NCBI GenBank assembly: GCA_020891255.1
Contig: BQFW01000004.1
Location: 1,860,001 to 1,924,000 of the forward strand
Direction: 5' to 3'
From: Entomortierella parvispora E1425
Taxonomy: Eukaryota; Fungi; Mortierellomycota
Length of the DNA: 64,000 nucleotides
The notes beneath the pieces were generated by a model, which worked only from the letters and a program-made list of their open reading frames with translations, did not search any database and was not told the origin of the DNA. Positions 35,976 through 47,556 of the stretch are shown here, piece after piece. A program made the position numbers and the translations under genes. Position 1 is the first letter of the stretch, and the number at the start of each line of letters is the position of its first letter.

Positions 35976-38708
35976 ATGCCGGCGCCTTCACACGGACTGC
36001 AGTCCATCTCGGATTTGACCACAACCTCGCGCATCACCACAGGCGACATCCCTGCCCCGCTTGTCGGTGCCACAATGACGATCGTCGATGACAAGCTTTA
36101 TCTATTCGGAGGCAGGCTGATCCCCAACCGCCAGATGACCAACGCCCTGTACATCCTGAACTTGAACGACTTTCACTGGCAAAACGTCTCTGATATTGTG
36201 AATGTCCCCCCCACCCGAGAAATCGGTGATCCAGGTGCAGAGGACGAGAATGAGATGGGTGCACCCCCAACAGAGCGTTACTTCCATTCTGCTAATGCCT
36301 ACAAGAACACCATCGTATTCTTTGGTGGTATGGGCCCTACCTCAGCTACCAAGACGGACGGCCAACCGCAGGAACTGGCGGTGTTTGATGATGTGAAGGT
36401 CTTGGATTTGGAGTTGCTGCAGTGGCGCCATGTCCACATTCCGACCTCGGAGCATTCGCCTAAACCCCGATACGCGCACCTGAGCAGCATCTCTGGCAGC
36501 AAACTGGTCATCATTGGCGGACAGGACATCACCAACCAGTACGTGGAGCAAGTCAGTGTCTTGGACCTGGAGAGCTGGCAGTGGGTCACTTCCCTCACCT
36601 TCAACAGACACTGTGGATCTTATCGCTCGATCGCCGTCAGTGGTAGCGGCAAAGGCTCATCAGTCCCTCTTATCGGAAGCGATCTCGAACCGGGCTCGCC
36701 TACTCTTTCCCCAACTCTAGCCACGTCCTCTGACGGCTTCCCAACGTCATATCTCCGCAAGACGCCCTCAAACGCGTCGTTGCACTACACCCCTTCTCTT
36801 CGCAAAAGTAACTCCAACCTCGGAGGGCTCGCGAAAAAGAACGGTGCCATGTCCCGACTTTCCACCGGATCGTCCGTCCAAGCCAGCGTTGGTTCTGGGG
36901 ACCAACGTTCATCTATGTACAGATTGTCCCATATTGCATCTGCGCCAGTGCAAGTGCAGCAGGAAGAGCATCCTGTCTACATTTATTCCAACTTCAACTT
37001 TACAGATGTCAAGCGTGAGTTGCAAGTGCTGAATCCTCCAAGTTTCGGCTTCCAAGATCACTCGCAATCGATGACAGGAAACCTCCTCCCCCCTGGACTA
37101 AGATTCCCCACAGGAGCAATCACAGGACAGCATCTCTTACTCTCTGGAACTTACCTCACAAACACGCAACAGTCGTTCAGCATCTGGTCGTTGAACCTCT
37201 CAAGTCTAGTGTGGACCCGCATTGACACGGGCACGGTCTTTAGTTCGGGCTCATGGAACCGTGGCTTGTTGCTCGAGCACTCAAATGCTTACCTTGTCTT
37301 TGGCAACAAAAACCGCAGTCTCTCTGAGGATTACCAGAACCGACAGACTAATTTTGAGCACGTGTCAATTGTGGACCTGGAGGCCTTTGGCATCTACACA
37401 CATCCACCCACCACCATGACGCAGACGGCACAAGAGCTCGGATTGACTCTTCTCAGTGAAGCTTCGATGGCCGATTTTGAAATCTTGACCCAGGACGGAC
37501 AGCGCATTCCCGTCAACTCTGCTATTCTGTCGACCCGCTGGCCATATTTTGGGGCGTTGTTGAGAGAGCAGGAGGAGCAGGAGGCAGCACAATGCAAACT
37601 GGAAAACCGAGAGTACGACCCCACCATGTCATCTATGAGGACCCTGTCGTTACCTGAACCCTTTCCCGTTGTCCTTGCATTCTTGCAATACCTCTACACC
37701 GACCATCTTGTTACAGCGCAGCAGCACCACGCCCAGGTCTTATCCCAGCTTTTACTTCTCGCTGATATGTATGGCTTGGACCGACTCCGTGACTTGGCTA
37801 CACACGCTCTGCACCAGATGCTTAACATGTCCACAGCTGCTATGGTGTACGAGACTGCCGCTCTTTCGCAACAAACTGGTCTTCAGATTCGTTCTTTGAA
37901 GGTCATGATTGCAGCCAAGAAGATGCTTCAGCAACAGCAACTTAAACTCCAGCAACAACAGGCCATGTCACAGAGTATCTCTGCAAACAACGCGTGGCAG
38001 TCTGCTGAAGGTCCCAATGTATATCACCCTAATATGAGTGAAGATCATCAAGGACAGGGGCCATACAGCTCTTACATTAGCTCCGTCGGTCAGGCTTCCC
38101 CCGGTTACATGTCGCAGCAGCAAAATATTCATGGACTCTTCCAACCATCGCCTCCCCCCCCACTCTCACCAACGTCAATCAATGGTCCACCCTCACCTGA
38201 CTTTAACCGGCTTTCAATTCACGGGGCACAAGGTTCGACCGCCCTGCCTCACCCCATGGTGCGGAATCGAGGATCGCTCATGGGATCAATGGCACCTCAG
38301 CATTGGAATACGGAGCCATTGACGGCACCCCCAGTGGCTCCACCTCCATCGACTGCGATTCCTTCTCCTCCAGCATCCGCAACCTCTACAAAGACCTCGT
38401 TCTTTTCGTTCTCGAAGAAGGACAAGCACAAGGATGGAACGGCTACGGCATCGATTATCTCAAGTTCGGGGGCCAGTACGCGTTCGGGGTCATCTGGCAA
38501 TACGGCCAAGAACCAGAGGGTGCCAGCATTTGCGTCCATGGGACTTGTCCCCGCAATGACGGTGTCTTCTGATGGCGCGAGTGTGAGAAGTGGCAAAAGT
38601 AACAAGAGTGTAGAATCGGAGCAGAGTTTGGCGGACAAGAAGAAGGCGGATGAGCAAAGGAAGAAAGAGGTGTTAGAGAAGCTCATGGATAATTACAGTA
38701 GGTCCTAA
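35976..38708 (+). CDS. Kelch-repeat + BTB protein of the Mds3/Pmd1/Ral2 family; single exon, 910 aa
   Basis: Kelch repeats (LYLFGG, ERYFHSA, PRYAHLS), PPGLRFPTG..LLSGTYL, GSWNRG, DLEAFGIY, BTB (ADFEILTQDGQRIPVNSAIL..RWPYF; AFLQYLYTD). Confidence 0.88.
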   Translation: MPAPSHGLQSISDLTTTSRITTGDIPAPLVGATMTIVDDKLYLFGGRLIPNRQMTNALYILNLNDFHWQNVSDIVNVPPTREIGDPGAEDENEMGAPPTERYFHSANAYKNTIVFFGGMGPTSATKTDGQPQELAVFDDVKVLDLELLQWRHVHIPTSEHSPKPRYAHLSSISGSKLVIIGGQDITNQYVEQVSVLDLESWQWVTSLTFNRHCGSYRSIAVSGSGKGSSVPLIGSDLEPGSPTLSPTLATSSDGFPTSYLRKTPSNASLHYTPSLRKSNSNLGGLAKKNGAMSRLSTGSSVQASVGSGDQRSSMYRLSHIASAPVQVQQEEHPVYIYSNFNFTDVKRELQVLNPPSFGFQDHSQSMTGNLLPPGLRFPTGAITGQHLLLSGTYLTNTQQSFSIWSLNLSSLVWTRIDTGTVFSSGSWNRGLLLEHSNAYLVFGNKNRSLSEDYQNRQTNFEHVSIVDLEAFGIYTHPPTTMTQTAQELGLTLLSEASMADFEILTQDGQRIPVNSAILSTRWPYFGALLREQEEQEAAQCKLENREYDPTMSSMRTLSLPEPFPVVLAFLQYLYTDHLVTAQQHHAQVLSQLLLLADMYGLDRLRDLATHALHQMLNMSTAAMVYETAALSQQTGLQIRSLKVMIAAKKMLQQQQLKLQQQQAMSQSISANNAWQSAEGPNVYHPNMSEDHQGQGPYSSYISSVGQASPGYMSQQQNIHGLFQPSPPPPLSPTSINGPPSPDFNRLSIHGAQGSTALPHPMVRNRGSLMGSMAPQHWNTEPLTAPPVAPPPSTAIPSPPASATSTKTSFFSFSKKDKHKDGTATASIISSSGASTRSGSSGNTAKNQRVPAFASMGLVPAMTVSSDGASVRSGKSNKSVESEQSLADKKKADEQRKKEVLEKLMDNYSRS

Positions 38709-40080
38709 GTTGTGGGAATGAAAGAGAAGAGAAGAGAGGAGACAATGTTCAAATGCCTTGGTGTGCTGACCTCGTGTTCCGCTTTTGTTTTTGCTCTCCA
38801 ACCATAGCCATGGTAGGAGGAGGAGGATTTGGCGCAGGCATAGGCTTCCGATAGGTTCTCCAGGACTTTCATATATGCACTTCACACCACACACCAAAAA
38901 CAAAATACAAGTCTTTTATTGACATTATGGACAGTTATGGGTCACAGTGACCATTTTCTTCTTATGGCGCCTTTTTCAATCGCGTCGTGTCCAGAACGGC
39001 GAAAAAGTCAGGACCCTTTTCCAAGATCTCCGACCAGAAAATTAGATCTTTGTTTCAATTGAACAACTGAGTGGGTGTGGGCGACACGCTAGCCTGGCAA
39101 GGGGAGGAAAGGCGAGAGCAAGGAGGGAAGCCCGCCTCCCCGCCAGCCAGCAGGGTGTCCACGCTGTTCGGGGGGTTTGCAGCTGGGGTGTGTGTGGGAA
39201 AAAAATAACAAAGTCGCAAAACAAAGACAAAAAAAAAAAAATGAAAAAAAGACAACCAAGCACGCGAAAATGTTCAACAAAGCAAGGGAGAGCCTGACAA
39301 ACGAAAAAGGGGAGACAGAACGATCTGAACAGATGGTCAAGGTGGCACAATCAACGTTTCTTCGCTGTTGTGTTTATTTTGAGATGTCGTGGGTGGGAAA
39401 CAAGGTTGGTTACCGCATATGGTATGAAGCTGCTCCGTCCGACTAGTCGCATATTTCAACCATGGAGGTGGGGAATAGGGGGTTGTTGAAGAAGCAAACT
39501 AATGGTGCACAGCAGAGGGATCAAGAGAGAGTTGGCGAAAGAGGATCGACCTTGCATCGCCATCGAAACTGGGAGGCAGCGGTAGAGGGCTGTTTGTTCA
39601 GCCGTGGGTTTCGCCTGCTCGGACAGCGGCCCTTCCGCATTTGGTACCTGTGCCGAGGCGTGGTCAGGAGGACTCGGGGTTGAAAATCCAGCCAGCCAGC
39701 CGTCAACGGGCGATCATCATGGTGATAATGATGAGGGATAACGATGATGACCATCACATATCAGGATGATGCATGCCTTTATTTTTTTCTTTTCTTTCCC
39801 CACTCTTCTCCACGCTGCTCTCTCAAGTGAGTCCACGGAGCAGGCAGACAGGATCTGAACAAACAACGAAATCAGAGACGCTGGTTGGTGTGTCCGACTT
39901 TCTTGCCAGCGGATCTGGAACTGAAAATACGCCCTTTTTCCATTTTGCAGGAAACAATATAAAAGGGCAGGCGACTCCTTACTTCTTTCTGCTTTCTCCT
40001 CCATCGCATTGCATCGCAACCCATACCCCCCATTCACTGCATCTGTCCATACACGCACCTTTTTTCATCAACACACTGCA

Positions 40081-42923
40081 ATGACCACCCGCGTCCTTGC
40101 CTCCTCTTTCCACCGTCTTCCGCTCTCGCCTCCCGCATCTTCCCTCGCTCAACGTTCCGTTGCTCGTCTTGCTACGGGCCAATCCTTGTCACGACCTCTC
40201 TTCCAACTCTCCCACGCTAGCACTCCCCTCCCTGTCACACGCCCCCCTAGGTCCGCCTTCTCCACCACTGCTTCCTCATTTGCATCCCGCAAGAATGTCC
40301 TAGGCAATCCCTCCGAGGCTGGCCCCGTTGCCGCTGCCGCTTCTCTCCCCACCTCCTCTTCGTCCCTCTGGACACGGGCCGCCATTGGGGGCACGATCGC
40401 TTTGGTTACTTCGGCTGCGGTTCTGAATCAGCTGTCCAAGGCACCGCAGTTGGAGGCCATTGGCGGCAGTAACAGCTTCGGTTCCTCCTCCTTGACCGGT
40501 GACATTATGGTGGACTTGCAGGACGAACACAACAAGATTGGAGTGGAGAAAAAGTCCAACGCAGACCTGATGTTGTCTATGCTGGTGTACAAGCTCTGCA
40601 CCCTCAGCCTCTTGGTTGACATGGCCCCGAGATTGATCTCGATCGCAGAGATGTTACACCTTACACCACCCGTGTATTGGTTTGTCCGCAAGACATTCTT
40701 TGCTCAGTTCTGCGGGTAAGTTCTATTGAAAAAGAGAAAGAGGATGAGAAAGAAAGAGGAGAAGTGTGTGTGTGTGTGCGCGCGCGAGTGTGCGGGTATG
40801 TGAATGAATAGAATGTAAGGAGTTTGGAGCGTGTGGGCGGATGGAATGAGGTGAGCACGCTCGCACGCACGCGTTTTGGTTTCTATTTTTTGCTTTTTTT
40901 TTCTTTTTCTATTTCGTTGGGGTTGGGGTTGGGTCGACAGAAAGGATGGAAGCACGGGGTTGACTCGACTGTGTTTTGCAGGCCTTGTGCGGTGCCCTGT
41001 GCACACGTGTCGTACTGTCGTGTTTGCTATGATCTTCCACCGTGTGTTCGTGTTCGATGCCAAACCAAAAGATCAACAAGGTACCCTTCGCGACCGGTAT
41101 GGGTGTAACAGGTCTCGCGAGAGACTAGCCTTGTCCATGCCACCAATGGGTCAAACGGGCTAGATCGCTCCAGTAGACTCAATGCCCTGCATCGTGGCTG
41201 TGCGTTGCATCGCCCTCGACCGCCGTGATTGGTCTCCTCACTAGTGCCGTGTTTCCCTCGAGGAGTGATCTAACGTCTTTTGGTCTTCCTTTGTTTTTTT
41301 TGCCCGGATCTGTCCTTAGTGGTGAGTCTGCCGATGACTGCATTGACACCATGTCCGCCCTCAAGAGTGCCGGCATCAACTCGATCCTGGATCTGTCCGT
41401 CGAGGCTGACCTGGATGAGTCTGAGCTCAAGGGCCAATCCCCTGACCATATCAGGGCCCGCTTTAACCAAAGCGCAGACTACATTGCGGAACAGATCAGC
41501 ACCTGCATCCAGACTGCCTCCAACATGTCAAAGTCGTTTGCTGCCATCAAGATCACCGCCATGGGATCTCCTTTGTTGCTCCAACAGGTCTCCTCGACCT
41601 TGAACGGCCTCGAGTCTTCCTTCAAGAAAACGGACGAAGACAAAGATGGCAAGATTACCAAGGACGAGTTCAAGCAGCTTGTCAAGATGCTCCCTAACCC
41701 AATGCTGAGCAAGGATCAGTCCTCCCTTGATGGTCTTGTGGATGCCCTCTTCCAAGAGGCTGACAGGGACCAGGATGGAATGGTCGATTGGGTCGACTTT
41801 GCCTCCACCATCTCCATGAATAGAGATGAAACCCGCGCTCTCTTTGTCTCGGCTCAAGAGCCTAAACCCAATGTCTCTATCCCTGGCCTTGTCAAGGAGG
41901 ATCTCGATGACTACAAGAGACTCTTGGAGCGCATGGAGAGTCTGTGCGAGCAGGCTGAAAAGACTCATACGCGCTTGATGATTGACGCGGAGCAAACGTA
42001 CTTCCAACCGGCCATTGACAGTGTGGCGCTCCACCTGCAGGAGCGTTTTAACCATTCTGCCACCTCTACCGAGTCCTTGGTCTCTGATGGTGGAGACAAG
42101 GACGGACCCCTGATCTTCAACACCTATCAAATGTACCTCAAGGACGCCCTGGGCCGTCTTCAGCAGGATTATACCCGAGCCCAGCGTAATGGATATGTGT
42201 TGGCCGCTAAATTGGTCCGTGGCGCTTACATGGTCAGTGAGCGCAAGCGCGCCCAAGAGTTGGGACTTGAGGATCCCATCTGTGATGGAATCGAGGCCAC
42301 TCATGTCTCCTACAACGCCGGCGTTGACTTTCTCTTGGGCGAGATGATGAACAGTCGAGCAAAGACTGGACTGAAGCAGATTGAGGATGGAACGTTGCCT
42401 TCGCCGTCCTCTCCTTCGTTGTCGCTCAAGAGTTCTCCAGTCGTCCTCTTTGTGGCGTCCCACAACAAGGACTCTGTGATCCGCACCTGTGAGCGCATGC
42501 AAGAATTGGAACTGTCGCCAGAATCGGGCTTGGTCATGTTTGGTCAGCTCATGGGCATGTGCGACCAGATCTCGTACACTTTGGGCCAGCATGGCTACGG
42601 TATCTACAAATACGTGCCCTATGGACCCATCCACCACGTCATCCCCTATCTGATTCGGTAAGTTCATTTGCACCTCCTTTTATTGTTTTCAACATTTCCA
42701 GAACAAATTGCATGGATTCTGACTCGCCATCTCCCGTTCTTTCTCTCTTTTTGGAAACTATAGTCGTGCTCAAGAAAACGCGTCCGTCCTCGGAGGTGTT
42801 GCTGTGGAGCGTAGATTGCTCTGGGAAGAGCTCAAGTCGCGCTTTGTGGCTCAGACCGGACGCGCTCAGATCCAAGGTGTGCCCACCACCATTGTTCCCA
42901 CTGGTCCCGCCACGACCATGTAG
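40081..42923 (+). CDS. PUT1: Mitochondrial proline dehydrogenase with two EF-hands; exons 40081-40715, 41320-42657, 42764-42923; about 710 aa
   Basis: Arg/Ser-rich presequence, FFAQFCGGE, LMIDAEQTYFQPAI, NTYQMYLKD, KLVRGAYM.ER, VASHN, FGQLMGM, YKYVPYGP..VIPYLIRRAQEN. Confidence 0.96.
40764..40788. repeat. (GT)n(GC)n alternating purine-pyrimidine tract in PUT1 intron 1
   Basis: gtgtgtgtgtgtgtgcgcgcgcgag read directly. Confidence 0.85.
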
Positions 42924-43654
42924 AGAGGATCCTTGATCCACTTTACACATTCTCTACTTTATTCCTATACCTCCTCCCTCCCATTTGTAGTTACGTTACC
43001 CTTCATATTTGTCTTGTCTTTTGTCCATCCTTTTTTTTTCTTTCATTTTTTTCCTTTTTTCATTTCTTTTCCTCTTCTCTCTTTCTCGCCGTATCTTTTG
43101 TAGATTGTACAACATTAAAGTCCTGCTCGGCCCAGGCAACTAGTAATAATGTCCGATTGAACTTTTCATGGTCATGGGTGTGTATTGGTTTGCTGAAGAA
43201 AGAGACGTATTTATTTTACACGAGCATCAAGGTGAGGAAGACAAATAGTCAATCGAATCTACCGTTGTTGTGGTATTGAGTGCCAGCAAGGCCAGCAATA
43301 AATAGTATGGGAGGCAGACCATCATCGTCTTCAGTATCACCAAAGAGTTGACTAGTTGTCCTCTTTGCGGGTTGATTTCGCAGTTTGTCCCTGTGAGAGA
43401 GTGCAGCCAAGTCAGTGTCGCTGAAACGCCGTCAACCTTCAGTGATGAACAGAGGGGTTTTTTTTCTTTTTTTCTTTTGACTTTTTCTTCTTTCTCTCAT
43501 CGTAACTTTCCTTACTCTATCCTCTTCAGTAAAAGCACTGTTCTCGACCCTTCTTAACAGCGTCCCCCTCAACAGCACCTGTCGTCACAGCTGCTTCTTG
43601 TAACAGCATCTTGTAACAGCATCCCTCGCAACCAAGTTACCAGACGAAGGAAGG

Positions 43655-45328
43655 ATGATGATGTCTGCACTCGAAGAATCAGAGTCCTCTGCTGGTCCAG
43701 GCAAGGAGAAAGAGTTTCCCCGGCCATGGTTCACATACCTGACCTCCAACGGGTTCCCTATCACCTTTGCGACAGAGTTACGTATGCGGGTCGCCTCCAA
43801 CGTCCTCCGGGAGAAACCTTTTTGGTGGCAAAAAGTCAAGAACCCCACCATAGTCCGCCGATGGAAACAAGAGCTCCTGGCAACTTCCAATCTCAAGTTA
43901 ACAGAAGAACAGATACACTACATCTTTTGTGAGTTGGAATGGTATGCCGATTTGCGGCAGCAACAAGTCGATCGAGGGGTGCAGGCGCCGATCGAGAGAG
44001 CCGTTGACGGGACACGGCGTTCTGATGGACTGATCCCAGAGCCTCTCAAGCGACGGTTGATAGTCTGTGTCGAAAAAATGACCAATGTGCCGGATGATCT
44101 CAAGGACTGGCATCCAGGCTCCAACAAACAGGTTCTGGATATTGTTCATCCATCTCTCTTTCCAGTAGTCGTCGGTCGAACTCGAGTGACTTTGGGCAAA
44201 GAGGGTATCCCAGCTCTGGAGTGTGTGGGCCGAGGCACCATTCTTCGAAAGATCCAGCAGTCTGATGACGAAGGCTGGGAAGAAGAGTTTCTTTCCGACG
44301 CTTATCAATGACTCCCCACAGATTTCAAAGTTTCGGCGGAAGACAAGGTCCAGATTCAATCGTACATCAACAACCTTCACCCTGTGGAGTATGCAGACGC
44401 GTACCCGATCCTGGAGGAGGTCTTTGAGAGGTTTATTCCCCTTTTTGAGGAGGTTCTGGGGGACCTGCAGTGCATTTGGAGCAAGAGGCCGCGTCTCACG
44501 TTAAAAAAGAATTGGGAAAGTCCGGGCTGGATACCAAACGAGCTTTTTGATGAGCACGGATACCTGGATATCGATGACAAATGGTGGGAGAGCCAAGCGG
44601 CAAGCCCCATTGATATTCCGGATTTCGTCGCCCCGCCTGCTTCAACGCCATATGACCTCAAGAATAAGGGGAGACCGCTACAGGTGATTGTCAAGCTAGC
44701 CAACATCGAGCTGACACCAATGAACCCAGCCTACAAAGGCGGCGCGTGGCATGTCGAGGGCATGGCGAATGAAGAGATTGTCGCTACGGGCATTTACTAC
44801 TACCATTCTGAAAACGTTACTGAGTCCCGGCTGAACTTTCGAATCCAAGTATGGGAGCCTGACCACCATGAACATAACCAGTATGGTTCCGGAGCCTTGT
44901 ATGGTCTCTCGAGTCCAGATGCACTGACCCAACACCTGGACGGGATTGTGACGAAACAGGATCGCTGCATTGTTTTCCCCAACATCTATCAGCATCAAGT
45001 TCAGCCTTTTGAGTTGGTGGATAAGACAAGGTCTGGAAAGCGCCAGATCTTGGTGTTTTTCTTGGTCGACCCTCAACATCCGATCCTGTCGACGACTCAT
45101 GTTCCACCACAGCAGCTGAGTTGGGCCATTGCCGCCGGATTGCTGGATGAGGTCAATCGAAGATTGCCTCCTGAGCTTGTTGCCCTTGTGAGTGCCTATT
45201 TGGACTGGCCCATGACTTTGAAGGAGGCTAAGCAACATCGCGAGGTCCTCATGGCAGAACGAAAGCATTATGGTGCGAAAGCCAACAAGGAGGTCTATGG
45301 ACGACCCTTCAGCCTGTGCGAGCATTAA
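43655..45328 (+). pseudogene. DUF4246-family (2OG-Fe(II) oxygenase-like) gene interrupted by a single in-frame TGA at 44309-44311; intronless; 557 aa if read through
   Basis: EKPFWWQKV, DWHPGSNKQVLDIVHPSLFP, AYQ*LPTDF..IQSYINNLHP, QVIVKLANIELTP, WHVEG..EEIVATGIYY, FPNIYQHQVQPF, LVFFLVDP; both halves in the same frame (44384-43655=729). Confidence 0.8.
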
Positions 45329-45447
45329 AACGCGTATCATTCTTCAACTGTGATCATTCAGAAGAGCGAGATTATATTGTCATTGGGTTTATGGATATAG
45401 ATACATGATTTTTGGATTGGGGATCTACGAGGTAGAAGTGCATTTGA

Positions 45448-47556
45448 TCAATACAATGCCTTTTCTGAAAACTGACAAGATACTTCAATATCGGGACGCA
45501 GTTGCTTTAAGATCTGCTGAACGCCAAGGAGCTCCTTCTGTGCCTCCTTATTGCGTCGACTGACACACCATCCATACATGAAAGTCAGGTGCTCCAAATG
45601 GGGCCAGGGTTGTGTCATTCTCCTTGTGGACGATGGCTGCTGTTGGGTCAGATCTTGTCGGTTGTTTCTCTCCTGGTGCTCCTGCTCAAGATGAAAGAGT
45701 CGGGCTTGATAAAAAGCCTCGATCTCGAGAAAAGAACCACAAAACTCGAAATCCTCCAGTCCATCTACCATTGGCAGAGGTCGATCATAATCAGAGAGGT
45801 ACAGGTTCTCTTGCTGGGTCCTTTGACGGTCCAGGACTGCGTCTGTCTGGCTCAAGTGACTCAGATCTGACTTTTCACGAATTCGGTCAAGACAATATCG
45901 GTAATCGTCACAGACGTGATGTCCACCGCGGTCCCGCTTCCACCATGAACCCATTACAGTGGAGCGTAACAATGACGAAGGTGACAGTGGAGAACCGCTA
46001 GTTTGGGATTCGTTCACATCAACGTCACTGCCGTCGCATCCTCGGATCCAAGCCAAGTCTCGTGCATTGAATGCCTTTTCACCATAGGGTTCTGGGTACT
46101 CTGTTGCCAAAGAGAGCTTCCGCAGATACTTCAACCGGGTCAACAGGCAAACACCACTCTCGGGCGCCAAAACATGACTGTCCAGCGACAGCGATAGCTC
46201 TTGAAGTCTAGGACATACTCGACCCAGGTACCCAAATATATGTCGGTTCGACGCTAGGAATCCCTGATACCGTCTATTGTTGTCCAGTCGCATCGACAAT
46301 GTCCTCAAGCCTCGGCATTGCCAGATCGATTCCAAATCTCCATAGTCACACAGCACCGCCAAGGACATAGGGACCTGACCCGTCGAAAAGTGAAGCAAAA
46401 GTGGCGAGGAGCATAGAAAGCGATGCAAAGCCCTGTCGCGTTCTGGGTCCAGACTCGGGCGAGTATATCCTCGATCCAGGGTGCCTGGAACAATGACCAA
46501 GGTTGTGATGCGGTTCTCTACTCCGTGGGTCATCAGTCGAGTCAACATGGGTGCCATCGTCCTGATTCTGCAGTCAAATCCCCAAGACATCAGGCGAGGG
46601 AAGCACTCCACAGGAATGTCGTTTGCTCTTTCATTGTAGCAGTTGTAATTCAAAGCGACCAGATTAGGGCAATCTTTTGCTAATTGGCTCCAAAACCGCA
46701 GCCTCGTCTCGTCGTAATAAAAAGAGTCTTTCTCTGATCCTGAGGGCAGGTCGAAAATCGCCAGCAGTGAAAGTTCAATCAGATTACCCAGTTTCGGGGT
46801 GTAAGACAGCAAGGCGTTCGGCAGTACGTTCATGTTGTGGAGGGACAGACTCTTCAACGGTAATTGTCGGCCACTTTGGTTTTGATCCTTGGGGTCCAAG
46901 AGAAAGGGGTTGGGTTCCAGGGCGGCCATTTCGAGATGAATCCATTTGTGTGCGCTGATTGCAAGTCGGACGAGTTTTGGACTTTTCTCAAAGATCCAGT
47001 TGAGAGAGACCATAGAATCCACGCCTGACGGCATGTCCATGGTAAGCTCTGTCAAATGGCGCGGATTGAAGTGGCTCAGGATCTCTTGATATTTGGGCCA
47101 CCAATTCTCCAGGTTGACGTTCAAAGTCCTGATCAAGAGTTCCCTTTCATTGCTATGACTGCTGTTGCTGCGGGAATGCGATCTCGTGTTGTCTTCTTTG
47201 CCCTCGGGGATACTATCCTGGATGTTATCAGCCGACAAATTCAAAGAGAGCAATGCCGCCATCCGCTGTTTCCAGCTTTTGACCCAAGTCGGGTCAAAAT
47301 CGACTGGGCGCTGGCTGCTGGCCTTGATCGTCCTGCCGAGGGTGAGTTCGTCCGCCCGGAAGAGCTTCTCGGAGTAATCCTTCCATGTTTTAGGGTCGTC
47401 GTCCAACTGAAGATGATAATGGATCAAGCCGCTCGCTACTTGTCGCCAGTGATGGCAGACTAAGGATACGCTCGACCGCAACGCGGATTGGGTCATGAAA
47501 GAAAGGACCCTTTGGAGGATCTCGTTTATCTCCAAGGGTGAGGGGCGGGTAGACAT
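45448..47556 (-). CDS. F-box / LRR-like protein; single exon, about 702 aa
   Basis: N-terminal SPLEINEILQRVLSFM..SVSLVCHHW F-box signature; LRR-like CPNLVAL, CPRLQELSL, WQCRGLRTLSM. Confidence 0.75.
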   Translation of the reverse strand: MSTRPSPLEINEILQRVLSFMTQSALRSSVSLVCHHWRQVASGLIHYHLQLDDDPKTWKDYSEKLFRADELTLGRTIKASSQRPVDFDPTWVKSWKQRMAALLSLNLSADNIQDSIPEGKEDNTRSHSRSNSSHSNERELLIRTLNVNLENWWPKYQEILSHFNPRHLTELTMDMPSGVDSMVSLNWIFEKSPKLVRLAISAHKWIHLEMAALEPNPFLLDPKDQNQSGRQLPLKSLSLHNMNVLPNALLSYTPKLGNLIELSLLAIFDLPSGSEKDSFYYDETRLRFWSQLAKDCPNLVALNYNCYNERANDIPVECFPRLMSWGFDCRIRTMAPMLTRLMTHGVENRITTLVIVPGTLDRGYTRPSLDPERDRALHRFLCSSPLLLHFSTGQVPMSLAVLCDYGDLESIWQCRGLRTLSMRLDNNRRYQGFLASNRHIFGYLGRVCPRLQELSLSLDSHVLAPESGVCLLTRLKYLRKLSLATEYPEPYGEKAFNARDLAWIRGCDGSDVDVNESQTSGSPLSPSSLLRSTVMGSWWKRDRGGHHVCDDYRYCLDRIREKSDLSHLSQTDAVLDRQRTQQENLYLSDYDRPLPMVDGLEDFEFCGSFLEIEAFYQARLFHLEQEHQERNNRQDLTQQQPSSTRRMTQPWPHLEHLTFMYGWCVSRRNKEAQKELLGVQQILKQLRPDIEVSCQFSEKALY

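Noticed and set aside
41528-42673. 381-aa antisense ORF (also 17969-18421, 30289-30741, 44696-45340 and 53258-54100)
   Set aside because: Shadow ORFs opposite codon-biased real genes, with no domain motifs.
44309-44311. Selenocysteine reading of the DUF4246 TGA
   Set aside because: The aligned residue is Trp rather than Cys, and no SECIS-like hairpin was seen in the short 3' region.
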